64,000 nucleotides of DNA, taken from NCBI GenBank assembly GCA_051155755.1, contig DAXETY010000042.1:20367-84366 (forward strand), written 5' to 3'. Shown one piece after another: positions 1-9,390 of the stretch. How positions within the stretch are numbered: position 1 is the first letter of the stretch; each line of letters begins with the position of its first letter. The DNA comes from Desulfobacterales bacterium (GTDB taxonomy: Bacteria > Desulfobacterota > Desulfobacteria > Desulfobacterales > SG8-13). A program made the translations under genes and the position numbers. The notes under the pieces were generated by a model, which saw nothing but the letters and a program-made list of their open reading frames with translations, made no database searches and was not told where the DNA came from.

Positions 1-1
1 C

Positions 2-283
2 CTGCTGTCTCTGGCGGCTGACGACGTGCGGCGGCGACAGAAGACCGTGGTGGCGATTTTCCAGGACATCAACCTGGCGGCCCAGTTCTGCGACCGGCTG
101 GTGTTTATGCGGGCCGGGCAGGTGGCCGCCCGGGGCCCGGTGGATCGCGTGTTGACACCGGCCACGATCCGGGCGGTGTTCGGCGTGGAGGCCCGCGTTT
201 ACGACGAAGCGTTTTCGGGCCGCAAACAAGTTGCGTTTCGGGCCCGGGCGGATGAACATGCGCTGTCGCAGATTGGGGAGTGA
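2..283 (+). CDS. ABC transporter ATP-binding protein, C-terminal fragment (FepC/BtuD-type iron-siderophore/cobalamin importer ATPase); 5' end lies outside the window
   Basis: The frame is open from the window edge to the TGA at 281-283. The translation (AIFQDINLAAQFCDRLVFMRAGQVAARGPVDRVLTPATI) looks like the H-loop/C-terminal region of FecE/FepC/BtuD ATPases. The next gene is a matching periplasmic binding protein. Confidence 0.75.
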   Translation: MLSLAADDVRRRQKTVVAIFQDINLAAQFCDRLVFMRAGQVAARGPVDRVLTPATIRAVFGVEARVYDEAFSGRKQVAFRARADEHALSQIGE

Positions 284-292
284 AAAATTGCG

Positions 293-1294
293 ATGATGTC
301 GATTCCCAAAAAAGCCATGGGGGTCATGCTGGTGTGGCTGACGGCATGGATCGGCGCAATCACGATGACCGCCGGGGAATGCCGGGCTGCGGATCTCGCC
401 CGAATCGACGCGCGCACCGTCCGGGATCAGGGGGGGCGGACCATTGCGGTTCGAAAGCCTTTCGAACGTATCATTTCGCTTTACGGTGCCCACACCGAAA
501 ATCTGTTTTCGCTGGGCGCCGGTGCGCAGGTCGTTGGAGTGTCTCCCAACGATTCGTTTCCGCCGCAGGCCCTGCAGAAACCGGTATTCTCCTATCACGA
601 CGACCCGGAGAAATTGATCGCCGCCAAACCGGACCTGGTGCTGGTGCGCCCGATGATCGACCGGGGTTATCCCCGCTGGACGGCCGCCCTGGAGCGCAGC
701 GGCATCACCGTGGTATCGCTGCAGCCGTCCACGATCGAAGCGCTGTTTACCTACTGGGAGATACTGGGCCTCCTGGCCGGCCGCCCGCAGCAGGCCCGGG
801 CCATGATCGCTCATTTCCAGAAAACCGCCGCGGCACTGGCGGCCCGCGGCCGCAGCGTGGAACACCCCCGGACCGTCTATTTTGAAGCCATCCACAGTAA
901 AATGAAAACCTTTGCGCCGAACTCCATGGCCATTTTCGCCCTGGAGACGGCCGGCGGCGTCAATGCAGCCGCCGACGCCCGCCCGGTGCGCAACACCAAC
1001 ATCGCCGCCTACGGCAAAGAGCGGATTTTGGCCGGGGCCGACCGCATCGATGTGTATCTGGCCCAGTATGGCGCTATGAACGCCCCCTCGGTGAAATTGA
1101 TCCGCGAAGAGCCGGGGTTTCAGGCCATCAAAGCCGTACGCGCAGGAAATATCTATCTGATCGACGAAAAAATCGTATCGCGGCCGACCCTGCGCCTGCT
1201 GGAGGGTATTTATGAAATCGGCTGCCGTTTGTATCCGGAAGTGTTCGGTTCCGAGATCAAACCGCTGCTGGCCCTGCCCCAGCCATCGCAATGA
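293..1294 (+). CDS. Periplasmic substrate-binding protein of an iron-siderophore/cobalamin-type ABC importer (BtuF/FepB-like)
   Basis: 333-aa ORF with an N-terminal signal peptide (MGVMLVWLTAWIGAITMTAGECRA). It has class III binding-protein features (ISLYGAHTENLFSLGA, KPDLVLV, RPTLRLLEG) and sits 10 nt after the ABC ATPase gene. Confidence 0.8.
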   Translation: MMSIPKKAMGVMLVWLTAWIGAITMTAGECRAADLARIDARTVRDQGGRTIAVRKPFERIISLYGAHTENLFSLGAGAQVVGVSPNDSFPPQALQKPVFSYHDDPEKLIAAKPDLVLVRPMIDRGYPRWTAALERSGITVVSLQPSTIEALFTYWEILGLLAGRPQQARAMIAHFQKTAAALAARGRSVEHPRTVYFEAIHSKMKTFAPNSMAIFALETAGGVNAAADARPVRNTNIAAYGKERILAGADRIDVYLAQYGAMNAPSVKLIREEPGFQAIKAVRAGNIYLIDEKIVSRPTLRLLEGIYEIGCRLYPEVFGSEIKPLLALPQPSQ

Positions 1295-1411
1295 ACGCCG
1301 GGCTGCGGCGGCAGGCTGTCCGGAAATATGCAAATCCCGGGTCCGATTTCGAATCGGACAAACAACCGTGCCCTCCAACCGCAAGGACGGGCACTCGCCA
1401 AGGAACCGCCG

Positions 1412-2149
1412 ATGAAAAAAGAGACCGGTATCCTCTACGGACTGGGGGTCGGACCGGGAGATCCGGAGCTGATCACACTCAAGGCCGCCCGGGTGCTGAA
1501 CAGTGCCGATGTCGTATATGCCGCGGCTTCTTCGAAAAACACCTACAGCCTGGCGGTCAGCATCGCGCGCCCGCACATACCGGATCTGACTCCGGTCAAA
1601 ATGATGCACTTTCCCATGACCAAAGACCGGTCCAAAACAGAGCGCGCCTGGCAGAAAAACGCCCGCATTCTAGTCGAAGAACTGCAGCAGAGCAAAATCG
1701 TCGCCTTTATTACGCTGGGCGATTCCATGACCTATTCCACCTTTGGATACATCCTGCAATACGTTCAACAACTCGACCCGAATGTGCCGGTGATCAGCGT
1801 GCCGGGGATTACCTCTTATCAGGCCTCGGCCGCCTGCCTCAACGACCCGCTGGTCGAAGGCGAAGAAGCCCTGCTGATCGTCTCCGGCGTCAACGGCGGG
1901 GAATGTTTGCGGAGATTCGCCGTAGCCCCGGACAACCTGGTTTTCATGAAAGCGTATCGAAACATGCCCGATATCACCGCCGCACTGGGTGAATTCAACC
2001 TGCTCGAGGGCAGCGTGGCGGTAAAAAACTGCGGCCTGCCGGACCAGGAGATCGTCACGGATATCCGGGAACTGGAGAACTGCCCGCCCAACTACTGGAC
2101 CCTGATCCTGTCCCGGCGCCGAAAGCGCAATGTCCCGGAAAAATCGTAA
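1412..2149 (+). CDS. cbiL: Precorrin-2/cobalt-factor-II C20-methyltransferase (tetrapyrrole methylase family)
   Basis: MKKETGILYGLGVGPGDPELITLKAARVL is the N-terminal SAM-binding signature of the CobI/CbiL class. Length is about 245 aa. I chose the ATG at 1412 rather than the track start at 1328 because it aligns with the family N-terminus. Confidence 0.75.
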   Translation: MKKETGILYGLGVGPGDPELITLKAARVLNSADVVYAAASSKNTYSLAVSIARPHIPDLTPVKMMHFPMTKDRSKTERAWQKNARILVEELQQSKIVAFITLGDSMTYSTFGYILQYVQQLDPNVPVISVPGITSYQASAACLNDPLVEGEEALLIVSGVNGGECLRRFAVAPDNLVFMKAYRNMPDITAALGEFNLLEGSVAVKNCGLPDQEIVTDIRELENCPPNYWTLILSRRRKRNVPEKS

Positions 2150-3191
2150 ACCCACCCGATACCGCATCCTGATATCGCTCGGCATTTCCGTGCTGGCGCT
2201 GGTGCTCGGCTGGATCGTCGTAGCCGATATCACGGTGCAACACCTGCTGCATCGGCTGTTTTGGCCGTTGCTGCGGCTGCTTTTCTATATCGGCGTCGGC
2301 CTGCTGGCGGGCCAGATCGTGGAGGCCACCGGTTGGACCCGCTACCTGGCGGCAGTTGCCATGCCGGCCTTTCGGTTCGGCAACCTCGGTCCCCGCTGCA
2401 GTGCCGCGTTTACCACGGCATTTTTCTCCGGCGTGGCGGCCAATGCGATGCTGCTGGAGTTTTACAAAGAAAATCACATCAGCCGCCGCCAGCTGTTTCT
2501 GTCCAATTTCATCAACCAGTTCCCGGCTTATTTCCTGCACCTGCCGACCACGGTGTTTATCGTTCTGCCGCTGACCGGCTGGGCCGGCGGCTTGTATTTT
2601 CTGCTGACCTTCCTGGCCGTCGCATTGCGTTCGGCCCTGCTCCTGCTTTACGGGCATCTGCGGCTGGCGACCGAACCTTCCGAAGCGTCTCCGAGCGAAG
2701 CGTCGAACCACCCATCCGGGGCTTCACCGCGTCATGGCAGCAGCATCTGGGCAGGCATCCGCAACCGCCTTCCGGCCCGGCTGACGACCATCGCAATTTA
2801 CGTAGTTCCGATCTACATCGCGGTGTACATGCTCAACGCCATGGGATTGTTCGATTTACTGCAGGGCTGGATGGCCGATGCCGTGGCCTCCAGCCTGATG
2901 CCGGTGGAGGCCCTTTCGGTGGTGGTGCTCAGTTTCGCGGCCGAATTCACCTCCGGTTTCGCGGCCGCCGGTGCCCTGATGGATGCCGGCGTTTTGAGCA
3001 CCCGACAAACCGTGCTGGCGCTGCTGATCGGCAACGTGACCGCCTTTCCGATCCGGGCCCTGCGACACCAGCTGCCGCACTACATGGGTATTTACACCCC
3101 CCGGATGGGCACCCAGCTGCTGTTGATGGGACAGGGCTTGCGGGTGCTCAGCATATTGCTGGTGGGCTTTGTTTACTATCTTCTAAGCTAG
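2130..3191 (+). CDS. Polytopic inner-membrane protein, nucleoside-recognition (Gate) domain-like
   Basis: 353-aa, very hydrophobic ORF with multiple predicted TM segments. It overlaps the cbiL stop by 20 nt, which implies co-transcription. The family assignment is from memory of Gate-domain proteins (FeoB C-terminal/SpmA-like) and is tentative. Confidence 0.55.
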   Translation: MSRKNRKPTRYRILISLGISVLALVLGWIVVADITVQHLLHRLFWPLLRLLFYIGVGLLAGQIVEATGWTRYLAAVAMPAFRFGNLGPRCSAAFTTAFFSGVAANAMLLEFYKENHISRRQLFLSNFINQFPAYFLHLPTTVFIVLPLTGWAGGLYFLLTFLAVALRSALLLLYGHLRLATEPSEASPSEASNHPSGASPRHGSSIWAGIRNRLPARLTTIAIYVVPIYIAVYMLNAMGLFDLLQGWMADAVASSLMPVEALSVVVLSFAAEFTSGFAAAGALMDAGVLSTRQTVLALLIGNVTAFPIRALRHQLPHYMGIYTPRMGTQLLLMGQGLRVLSILLVGFVYYLLS

Positions 3192-3487
3192 TGCCGTATA
3201 CGATGCGTGGATGGACACCCACCCAAATTGAGCCTGGTCAATTTTGAAATCCGCAGCGGACCTCTTCGGGCCGTTTATCGCCGCAACCGCTCTCCGTCGA
3301 CCGGTGTCCTCTCCAACACATCGACTCATTCAAACGACTTCATGTTACCCCTAGCCTGCAATAATTTGAAATCATATAGGAAATTATCAAAACCCCTAGA
3401 TTCACCTAGTGGAAATTAGAGGTTTAATGGGGGTTGACCCGCAGCCGCCTGTCTCTGTACGAATGGCGAAAAGGTGAAAGGGGGGAG

Positions 3488-3820
3488 ATGAGGATGCCGC
3501 CGTCGATCGAACATATCGAGGAAATTCGCTATGCCGCCAGCAAATTGCTTGAAACCATCGATGTTGTCGAGCCGAACCAGCCACTGAGCACCTCCCAGAT
3601 CATTTCTCTTTATTTCTGGCTGATCGATCACGAAAACATCAAACGGGTCAAGCCGATTCGGTCCCTGATCGAAGTGCTGATGCCCTGCCTCGAAGACCAG
3701 GTCATCGACAAACAGCGCATGATTGAACTGCAGACAACCTGCCAGAAGATCATCGGATCCCGGGATTCGGAAAATGAAGAAGAAGGGGGAGTGGCCGAGC
3801 GGCAATTGATGTTTTTTTAG
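3488..3820 (+). CDS. Hypothetical protein (about 110 aa)
   Basis: ORF with a purine-rich RBS (AAAGGTGAAAGGGGGGAG) directly before the ATG at 3488 (alternative ATG at 3494). No recognisable motif. It sits in an AT-richer spacer region. Confidence 0.4.
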   Translation: MRMPPSIEHIEEIRYAASKLLETIDVVEPNQPLSTSQIISLYFWLIDHENIKRVKPIRSLIEVLMPCLEDQVIDKQRMIELQTTCQKIIGSRDSENEEEGGVAERQLMFF

Positions 3821-3975
3821 TTACTTAGCCGAATTTGTCGCAGCCGTGAAGGCGAAAAGTTCGCGTTAAATCCATTCCATATCAATGATCCTTCGCCCCT
3901 GCCGTAACGGGTCGGCCCCGGCTATATCGCGTTTCTATCTACGCCTGGTTACCGCACCTGGGGGCGGGTGAAACG

Positions 3976-4416
3976 CTACCCTTCGCCGGGTGACCGCCTG
4001 GATTCGGGCCGGCGGCCCGCTTTCTTGCGGGAAATGCTTTCGTAAAGAATTTCGACGAAGTCCTGATAGGGAAAGGGTTTGACCAGCACCGCATCGATGC
4101 CTTGCCGAAACAATTCCGAAACCGAATCGATATCGCCATAGGCCGTGACCAGAATTTTGGCCGCCCGCGGCTGCGTGGCCTGCGCCTGCTGCAGAAAAGA
4201 AAGACCGTCCATTCCAGCCAGTTCGTAGTCGCTGATAATGCCTTCGAAGAAATCGTCTCCCAGGGCCCGCAGGGCTTCTTCGGCGGACCCGACGGCAATC
4301 ACCATTGCGCCCTGGTCCCGCAGGCTGTCCCCCAGCACGTCGCGGAACATCGGATCGTGCCCCACAAGCAGGATTTTCATCGATTCCAGACGATCATCTT
4401 CGGATGGCATGTTCAT
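3976..4416 (-). CDS. Single-domain response regulator (CheY-like receiver)
   Basis: MKILLVGHDP...IISDYELAGMDGLSFL...KILVTAYGD...VLVKPF matches the receiver-domain DD/D/T/K pattern. The start at 4416 is preceded by GAGGAG. There is no output domain. Confidence 0.8.
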   Translation of the reverse strand: MNMPSEDDRLESMKILLVGHDPMFRDVLGDSLRDQGAMVIAVGSAEEALRALGDDFFEGIISDYELAGMDGLSFLQQAQATQPRAAKILVTAYGDIDSVSELFRQGIDAVLVKPFPYQDFVEILYESISRKKAGRRPESRRSPGEG

Positions 4417-4726
4417 TGTCGGCACTCCTCTTTCCCAAATGGAACAAGCGTGCGTCCCAACCTGGAGTTCAGCAAATAATGTGCCAGTGTAGCGGTCAAG
4501 CACAAACCGCTGAAAATAAATTGTTTTTCGTCTTCAAATCACCCTTCGGCCATCCGGAAACCTGGGTCATTTCACTCACATCCAAGCGGCAAATGCCCCA
4601 TGCTTTTGTACCACGCTAAGCCCGAATTCAAACCCTGCCCGTGCGTTGTGTTGGCGTTGAACAAGCGGTGCCCACGCAACCCGGCGACATCCATTTCCGA
4701 TCGAAGCCCGCCGAATCCGGATTCCT

Positions 4727-4755
4727 TTGACAGGCAAACGCAAAATGCGTTACAG
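4727..4755 (+). promoter_or_regulatory. Candidate sigma70-type promoter for the STAS-like gene (TTGACA-17 nt-TTACAG)
   Basis: Perfect -35 hexamer at 4727-4732, a 17-nt spacer and a weak -10 at 4750-4755, about 60 nt upstream of the ATG at 4815. Confidence 0.3.
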
Positions 4756-4814
4756 AATCCAACGGTTCCGAACGGGGCCTGCCTGCACCGGCTCCGACAA
4801 TGGGAGTAACAATC

Positions 4815-5195
4815 ATGTCCATCACCTTTGACTTCGAAAACACCCCGTCTTGTGCCGTATTTCACGCGGTCGGTGAAATTTCTTTCGACCAGGTCTGCGA
4901 CTCGCTGGCAGCCTTTTACCGGGAAACCGAATCCCACCCGGTTGCCAACGTGCTGTGGGACATTCGAGCGGCCGATGTCAGCCGCCTGACAAGTGCTGAG
5001 ATGGAGCGCTTGCCGTTGTTTGCCGGCCGCTTTACCCATGCGCGCAAGGGCGGGCGCACAGCGATCGTGGCCGCAAGAGAGGTGGACTTCGCCGTAACCC
5101 GGCTCATTTCCTTTTTTTCCCACAACCTGCCGGTCACCGTACGCGCCTTTCGCAATCTGGAAGAAGCCGAATCCTGGCTGCAAGAAAGTCGATAA
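4815..5195 (+). CDS. STAS/SpoIIAA-like domain protein (hypothetical)
   Basis: About 126 aa. The pattern VLWDIRAADVSRLTSAEMERL...RKGGRTAIVAAREVDFAVTRL...VRAFRNLEEAESWL resembles SpoIIAA-like/STAS proteins of unknown function. GGGAG lies 8 nt before the ATG at 4815. Confidence 0.5.
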   Translation: MSITFDFENTPSCAVFHAVGEISFDQVCDSLAAFYRETESHPVANVLWDIRAADVSRLTSAEMERLPLFAGRFTHARKGGRTAIVAAREVDFAVTRLISFFSHNLPVTVRAFRNLEEAESWLQESR

Positions 5196-5525
5196 ATGGT
5201 GGATTTACAAGCCAAGGTCGCCCTGATCCTGACCACCGAACTGGGAGGCGCCGGCGGACTTCAGTCGCTGTTCCGACCGAACAATATTGTCGAGGTCTCC
5301 AGCCGGATGCATTCGGCAAATCCGCCGGTGGATGAAAAAATCCGCTGGTATGCCAGAAACGACCGGGGGGAAATGGTAATCTGCCTGGGGATGAGCCTGG
5401 GGGAATTTTACGAGCAATACCAGAAAGGCAACACCATCGTGGATGAAAAACCGCAACTGTCGGCCTTTGGTATGCCGGCGCGCTTTATCCGCAAAAAATT
5501 CACCCTGATGTCCGGCGGGAAATAG
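5196..5525 (+). CDS. Hypothetical protein (109 aa)
   Basis: The ATG directly abuts the upstream stop (TAAATG). Third-position GC bias is consistent with coding. The ORF ends just before a strong terminator. No recognisable motif. Confidence 0.45.
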   Translation: MVDLQAKVALILTTELGGAGGLQSLFRPNNIVEVSSRMHSANPPVDEKIRWYARNDRGEMVICLGMSLGEFYEQYQKGNTIVDEKPQLSAFGMPARFIRKKFTLMSGGK

Positions 5526-5540
5526 CCGCCAAATCGAAAA

Positions 5541-5583
5541 ACCGAACGGGCCGATCGTCCGTGAGATCGGCCCGTTCGGTTTT
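5541..5583. terminator. Bidirectional intrinsic terminator (16-bp perfect stem)
   Basis: ACCGAACGGGCCGATC-gtccgtga-GATCGGCCCGTTCGGT, flanked by an A-run upstream and TTT downstream. It lies between the converging hypothetical gene and tRNA-Val. Confidence 0.8.
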
Positions 5584-5657
5584 GGTAGGCACGGGGAGAT
5601 TTGAACTCCCGACTTCTACCGTGTCAGGGTAGCGCTCTCCCCCTGAGCTACGTGCCT
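5583..5657 (-). tRNA. tRNA-Val (anticodon GAC), CCA encoded
   Basis: The reverse complement folds by hand as a cloverleaf: acceptor AGGCACG/CGUGCCU, D stem GCUC/GAGC, anticodon stem CUACC/GGUAG with loop CUGACAC, T stem GGGAG/CUCCC with loop UUCAAAU, then discriminator A and CCA. Total 75 nt. Confidence 0.9.
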
Positions 5658-5670
5658 GCAAAGAATTTGT

Positions 5671-5699
5671 TTGGTAGCATCGAAACCGATCGCTGTCAA
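5671..5699 (-). promoter_or_regulatory. Candidate sigma70-type promoter for tRNA-Val (TTGACA-17 nt-TACCAA)
   Basis: The minus strand reads TTGACAgcgatcggtttcgatgcTACCAA, ending 13 nt before the mature tRNA 5' end. Confidence 0.5.
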
Positions 5700-5766
5700 G
5701 AGATTCGATACCAGGCCGACCCCTTCGGTGGTTGCGTTCGGCCGGCATGACGCCCGGCGGCGCCGC

Positions 5767-6981
5767 TCAATTTCCGCCGGCGTGGGAAATCAGCTCGACC
5801 TTCAAGCGGTCCGTACCCACTTCGTAGATGTTGATGCCGAAGGTTTCGAATGCATTGCGCATCAGCGCGTCGGCAAGCTGCCGCGGCTCTCCCCGATAGC
5901 CGACACTCAACAGCGCGGTGTCCTGCTGAAGCGCTTTGACCTGGACCTGCTCCACCCCTTCGATCTCGCTCAGGCTGCGGCGAAACTGAACGAAGTTCGC
6001 AAGGTTCCGGGTTCCGGAAAGCTCGATTTCGATCCGATCGGCCGCCAGGGCCTCCTGCTGCCAGGCGGCGGCAACCTGAGCGGCCAGGGTTTCACCGGCC
6101 AGGCTCCCGGCGCCGGTCAGCGCGTCGCGTGCGCCGGCATCGGGATTCACGTTGGTGGTAACGGCCGTGCGGCTGATCGACGCAATTTCCGCACCGCTTT
6201 TGGTTCGATAGGCCTGTACATCCACCCGGCCCCGGAAGGAACGGACATCCGATCCCATGACGTTGGGGGCCTTTTCGGCGATCGCCCGGCCGATGATGAC
6301 CACATCGGCGTTAATGGCTCGGGCGAAGCCGAGAGCTTCCTCGGCGGAAATCACCGGCGAATCGTTCAGGCTGCGCTGGGCCATCTGCTGCATCTGGGGA
6401 CCGTGGTCGATCACGTTGAAGCCCTGTTCCCGCAACGCTTCTGCCATGGCTCTTTCCGCGTTCGGTTTCAGATACACCATGTCCTGGCCCCACCAGTACT
6501 GGGGCATGTTGGATTCCAGGTCCCGTTCGGCGACAAAAAACAGTACGCGCGGCATGCCCTGTCGGGCTCTCAGCATTCCGGAGCGGGTAAGTTGATCCCG
6601 GAGGCGGCCGGTTGCCACCGTCACCTGGACCAGCACGCTGTAGCTTTCTTCCATCCGGCTTTCAGCCAGCACCTTGTAATCCTGAACGTAACGGGCCGTA
6701 CTTTCATAAAGCAGGGGGTTGAGTTTCTCCAGGTTCGTCACCATTTCGTTCAGCGGCAATATCTCGGCCACCGCCAGCCCGACCGCCGATACCAGAGCAT
6801 TGGCGATGGCCGTCTTCCGCGCGGCGTTGACGTCGTTGCGATGAATCGACTCGGTACCGATGACCACAAAGGTACTCGGCTCGGTTTCAGCCGCCTCCAA
6901 ATTCGTACCGCACAGCGATATCACCAACGAACAGAGGATCGCTGCAAGCCACATTTTTCTGGTAATTCCGGTAATCATCAT
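5767..6981 (-). CDS. Exported protein of unknown function
   Basis: 404-aa ORF with an N-terminal signal-like segment (KMWLAAILCSLVISLCGTNLEAA). There is no canonical lipobox and I recognise no catalytic motif. Confidence 0.6.
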   Translation of the reverse strand: MMITGITRKMWLAAILCSLVISLCGTNLEAAETEPSTFVVIGTESIHRNDVNAARKTAIANALVSAVGLAVAEILPLNEMVTNLEKLNPLLYESTARYVQDYKVLAESRMEESYSVLVQVTVATGRLRDQLTRSGMLRARQGMPRVLFFVAERDLESNMPQYWWGQDMVYLKPNAERAMAEALREQGFNVIDHGPQMQQMAQRSLNDSPVISAEEALGFARAINADVVIIGRAIAEKAPNVMGSDVRSFRGRVDVQAYRTKSGAEIASISRTAVTTNVNPDAGARDALTGAGSLAGETLAAQVAAAWQQEALAADRIEIELSGTRNLANFVQFRRSLSEIEGVEQVQVKALQQDTALLSVGYRGEPRQLADALMRNAFETFGINIYEVGTDRLKVELISHAGGN

Positions 6982-7037
6982 GATTCCCCTTTTTCAGCGA
7001 AACGCGAAGATTTGAGACCGTATATCCCCGGTACCCA

Positions 7038-8021
7038 TCAGGCCTGCCGGGTCAAGGCATACCGGGCGATGTCGGCAAGCACTTCACGGGCCGGACCGGA
7101 ATCAAACACGGCCAGCGCGGCGCAGGCCCGCTGGATGTGCTCGCCCGCTCGCTGGCGTGTGTATTCGATGCCGCCGTAACGTTCCATCAACCGAATCAAC
7201 TCCAAAAATTCGGCGGTTTCAAAATCGGGCCTGGCAATGATCTGCCGGATGCGGCCCAGATCCTCGGCAGCAGCACGCGACAGGGTGTGGATGACAGGAA
7301 GGGTCAGTTTGCCTTCCCGCAAGTCCGATCCGGACGGTTTGCCGAGCGCGGCATTGTCCACCGTATAGTCCAGCAGGTCGTCGGCCATCTGAAATGCCAT
7401 GCCCAGGTGCAGGCCGTAGGCATCCAGGGCCGTTTCTTTTTCCCGGCCGGCGCCGGCCAAAATGGCGCTGACCCGGCAGGCCCCCTGAAACAACACGGCG
7501 GTTTTGCGGCGGATCACATCGCAATATTCCGCTTCGGTTACATCCAGAGCGCCCTTGCGCTGCAGCTGCTGAATTTCTCCCTGGGACATGTTTTCGGTGA
7601 TGCGGGCAATGACGTCGATGACCCGCGGGCTTCTGCTTTCCGCCGCCAGGGTCAAGGACCGTGCCAGCAAAAAATCCCCGACCAGAACAACGGTGGCATT
7701 GTCCCAGAGTTGATGGGCGGCCTGTTTGCCGCGCCGCATTCCGGAACCGTCCACCAGATCGTCATGCAGCAAGGTGGCGGCATGCAGGTACTCGAAAATG
7801 GTGGACATTTTGATCAGATGCTCGGCCTGATAACCACAAAGCCTAGCACTCAGAACGGTCAAAAGAGGGCGCAGGCGCTTGCCGCCGGCGAACAGAATAT
7901 AGCCGGCCACTTCGGAAACCAGGTCGAGGTAGGGGTCCAGATTTTCTGCCAGCGCCGCCTCGATCTGCACCAGGTCGTCTTGAACCTGCGAAAGGATCCG
8001 ACGCTTGAGGGCTTCGCTCAC
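7038..8021 (-). CDS. Polyprenyl diphosphate synthase (trans-isoprenyl diphosphate synthase, IspB-like)
   Basis: Both aspartate-rich motifs are present (LLHDDLVDG and FQMADDLLDY). The 327-aa length is typical of long-chain prenyl synthases. Confidence 0.9.
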   Translation of the reverse strand: MSEALKRRILSQVQDDLVQIEAALAENLDPYLDLVSEVAGYILFAGGKRLRPLLTVLSARLCGYQAEHLIKMSTIFEYLHAATLLHDDLVDGSGMRRGKQAAHQLWDNATVVLVGDFLLARSLTLAAESRSPRVIDVIARITENMSQGEIQQLQRKGALDVTEAEYCDVIRRKTAVLFQGACRVSAILAGAGREKETALDAYGLHLGMAFQMADDLLDYTVDNAALGKPSGSDLREGKLTLPVIHTLSRAAAEDLGRIRQIIARPDFETAEFLELIRLMERYGGIEYTRQRAGEHIQRACAALAVFDSGPAREVLADIARYALTRQA

Positions 8022-9337
8022 CGGCGTTCTCCAACCAGGTCGTATTCCAGTGTATCGATGATTTTCACGTCAACCATCGCGCCGATCGAAAGATGGTCGG
8101 CATGCACATAGGTCATCCCGTCGACTTCCGGCGCCTGGAACTCGGTTCGGCCGGAATACAACCCGCTTTCAAGCGCTGCTTCGATCAGAACCGGGCAGAC
8201 GGTCCCCAAATACCTGCGATTGCGCTGCAGTGACAGTTCCTGCTGGCGGACCATAAGGGTGTGATAGCGTTTCCGGGCCACTGCCGGCGGCACATGGGCA
8301 TCGAGCCGATGAGAGGCCAGATCTTCGGCGTCCGAATAGGTAAAAGCGCCGAGGTGATCGAATCCGATTTCTTCGACAAATTGCATCAGCTGCAGAAAGT
8401 CGTTGTCGCTTTCACCGGGAAATCCAACGATCACCGTGGTTCGCAGGGCTGCATCCGGCGCGGCGGCGCGAATCCGGTCAAACAGTCGCCGCAGGTCATC
8501 GACTGCATAGCGGCGACACATGCGCTGCAGCACGGAGCGACTGACATGCTGAATCGGTATGTCGAAATAGGAACAAATCCGGTCTTGTTCGGCAACCGTT
8601 CGGATCACCTCGGCATCGATGCTTTCCGGATGCCCGTACAGGAATCGAATTCGAAAATCACCGGGCAGTCGGACCAGCGATTGCAGCAAGCCGCCGAGAC
8701 CGGCGGATTTCGCAAGATCACGGCCGTAGGCGGTGGTGTCCTGGGCGACCAGCACCAACTCTTTCGCACCGCTTTGAACCAGTCGGCCGGCCTCGGCGAC
8801 GATCGCATCCGCCGAGCGGCTTTTCTGGGATCCCCGCAGCTTGGGAATGATGCAGTAAGTGCAGTGCCGGCTGCATCCTTCGGCGATTTTCAGATAGGCC
8901 GTCGGTCCGGGGGTGCGAAGCCGGGCCGTCCCGGAATCGTTCGGGGCGATGGTGTCCGGATCGGGAAGCAGGCAGGCCCGCGGGTCGGCGATACCCATCA
9001 CGGCATCGACGATCCGGTCGAAGGCGCCGGTTCCCAGGAAAACATCCACCTCCGGAAGGGCATCGAGGGTTTCTTCCCGGTAGCGCTCCGGCAGACAGCC
9101 GGTGACGATCAGTCGACGGCAGCGTCCGCGCTGCTTGTATCGCGCCAACTCTAGAATCGTCTCGATGGACTCATCGGCCGCCGACTCGACAAAACTGCAG
9201 GTGTTGACCACGATCACCTCGGCCCGCTGCGGCGCATCGATCAAGCGGGCCCCGGCATTTTTCAATCGGCCCAGCATAATCTCGGCATCGACCAGATTGC
9301 GGGCGCATCCCAGGCTGACAACATGTACGTTCAACAA
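8018..9337 (-). CDS. rimO: Ribosomal protein S12 methylthiotransferase (radical SAM MTTase)
   Basis: N-terminal UPF0004 Cys triad context (VSLGCARN...VNTCSF...VTGC), radical-SAM CSRHCTYCIIP, and a C-terminal TRAM-like domain. IPKLRGSQKSRS...KELVLVAQDTTAYGRD is RimO-like rather than MiaB-like. It overlaps the downstream gene by 4 nt. Confidence 0.8.
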   Translation of the reverse strand: MLNVHVVSLGCARNLVDAEIMLGRLKNAGARLIDAPQRAEVIVVNTCSFVESAADESIETILELARYKQRGRCRRLIVTGCLPERYREETLDALPEVDVFLGTGAFDRIVDAVMGIADPRACLLPDPDTIAPNDSGTARLRTPGPTAYLKIAEGCSRHCTYCIIPKLRGSQKSRSADAIVAEAGRLVQSGAKELVLVAQDTTAYGRDLAKSAGLGGLLQSLVRLPGDFRIRFLYGHPESIDAEVIRTVAEQDRICSYFDIPIQHVSRSVLQRMCRRYAVDDLRRLFDRIRAAAPDAALRTTVIVGFPGESDNDFLQLMQFVEEIGFDHLGAFTYSDAEDLASHRLDAHVPPAVARKRYHTLMVRQQELSLQRNRRYLGTVCPVLIEAALESGLYSGRTEFQAPEVDGMTYVHADHLSIGAMVDVKIIDTLEYDLVGERR

Positions 9338-9390
9338 AAGCCGGTCCGATCAACCTTTGACGATCTCGGAAAAGTCGGATTCAGTAGTGT

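Noticed and set aside
1-300. Looked for a cobalamin riboswitch associated with the ABC importer/cbiL locus.
   Set aside because: The window begins inside the ATPase gene, so any riboswitch would lie upstream, outside the window. No B12-box-like element is visible in the short spacers at 284-292 or 1295-1411.
3192-3487. AT-rich 296-nt non-coding stretch with several small palindromes (for example AACCCC...GGGGTT), considered as an sRNA or an integration scar.
   Set aside because: There is no convincing promoter-plus-terminator pair, no repeats matching other loci and no tRNA-adjacent att-like features. It most likely contains the weak terminator of the membrane protein gene and the promoter of the next ORF.
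5671-7179. 502-aa plus-strand ORF overlapping the exported-protein gene and the prenyl synthase gene. Similar long antisense or alternate-frame ORFs occur at 17974..19776, 23193..24437, 26564..28345, 29579..31789, 41084..43444, 48253..50031, 44121..45044 and 55162..56178.
   Set aside because: Each lies opposite to, or out of frame with, a gene that has unmistakable family motifs (hydrogenase, sat, qmoB, aprA, pheT, infB, cyclase, pnp). Their translations are Arg/Gly/Pro/His-rich low-complexity strings, typical of shadow ORFs in GC-rich DNA. They have no RBS or motif support.
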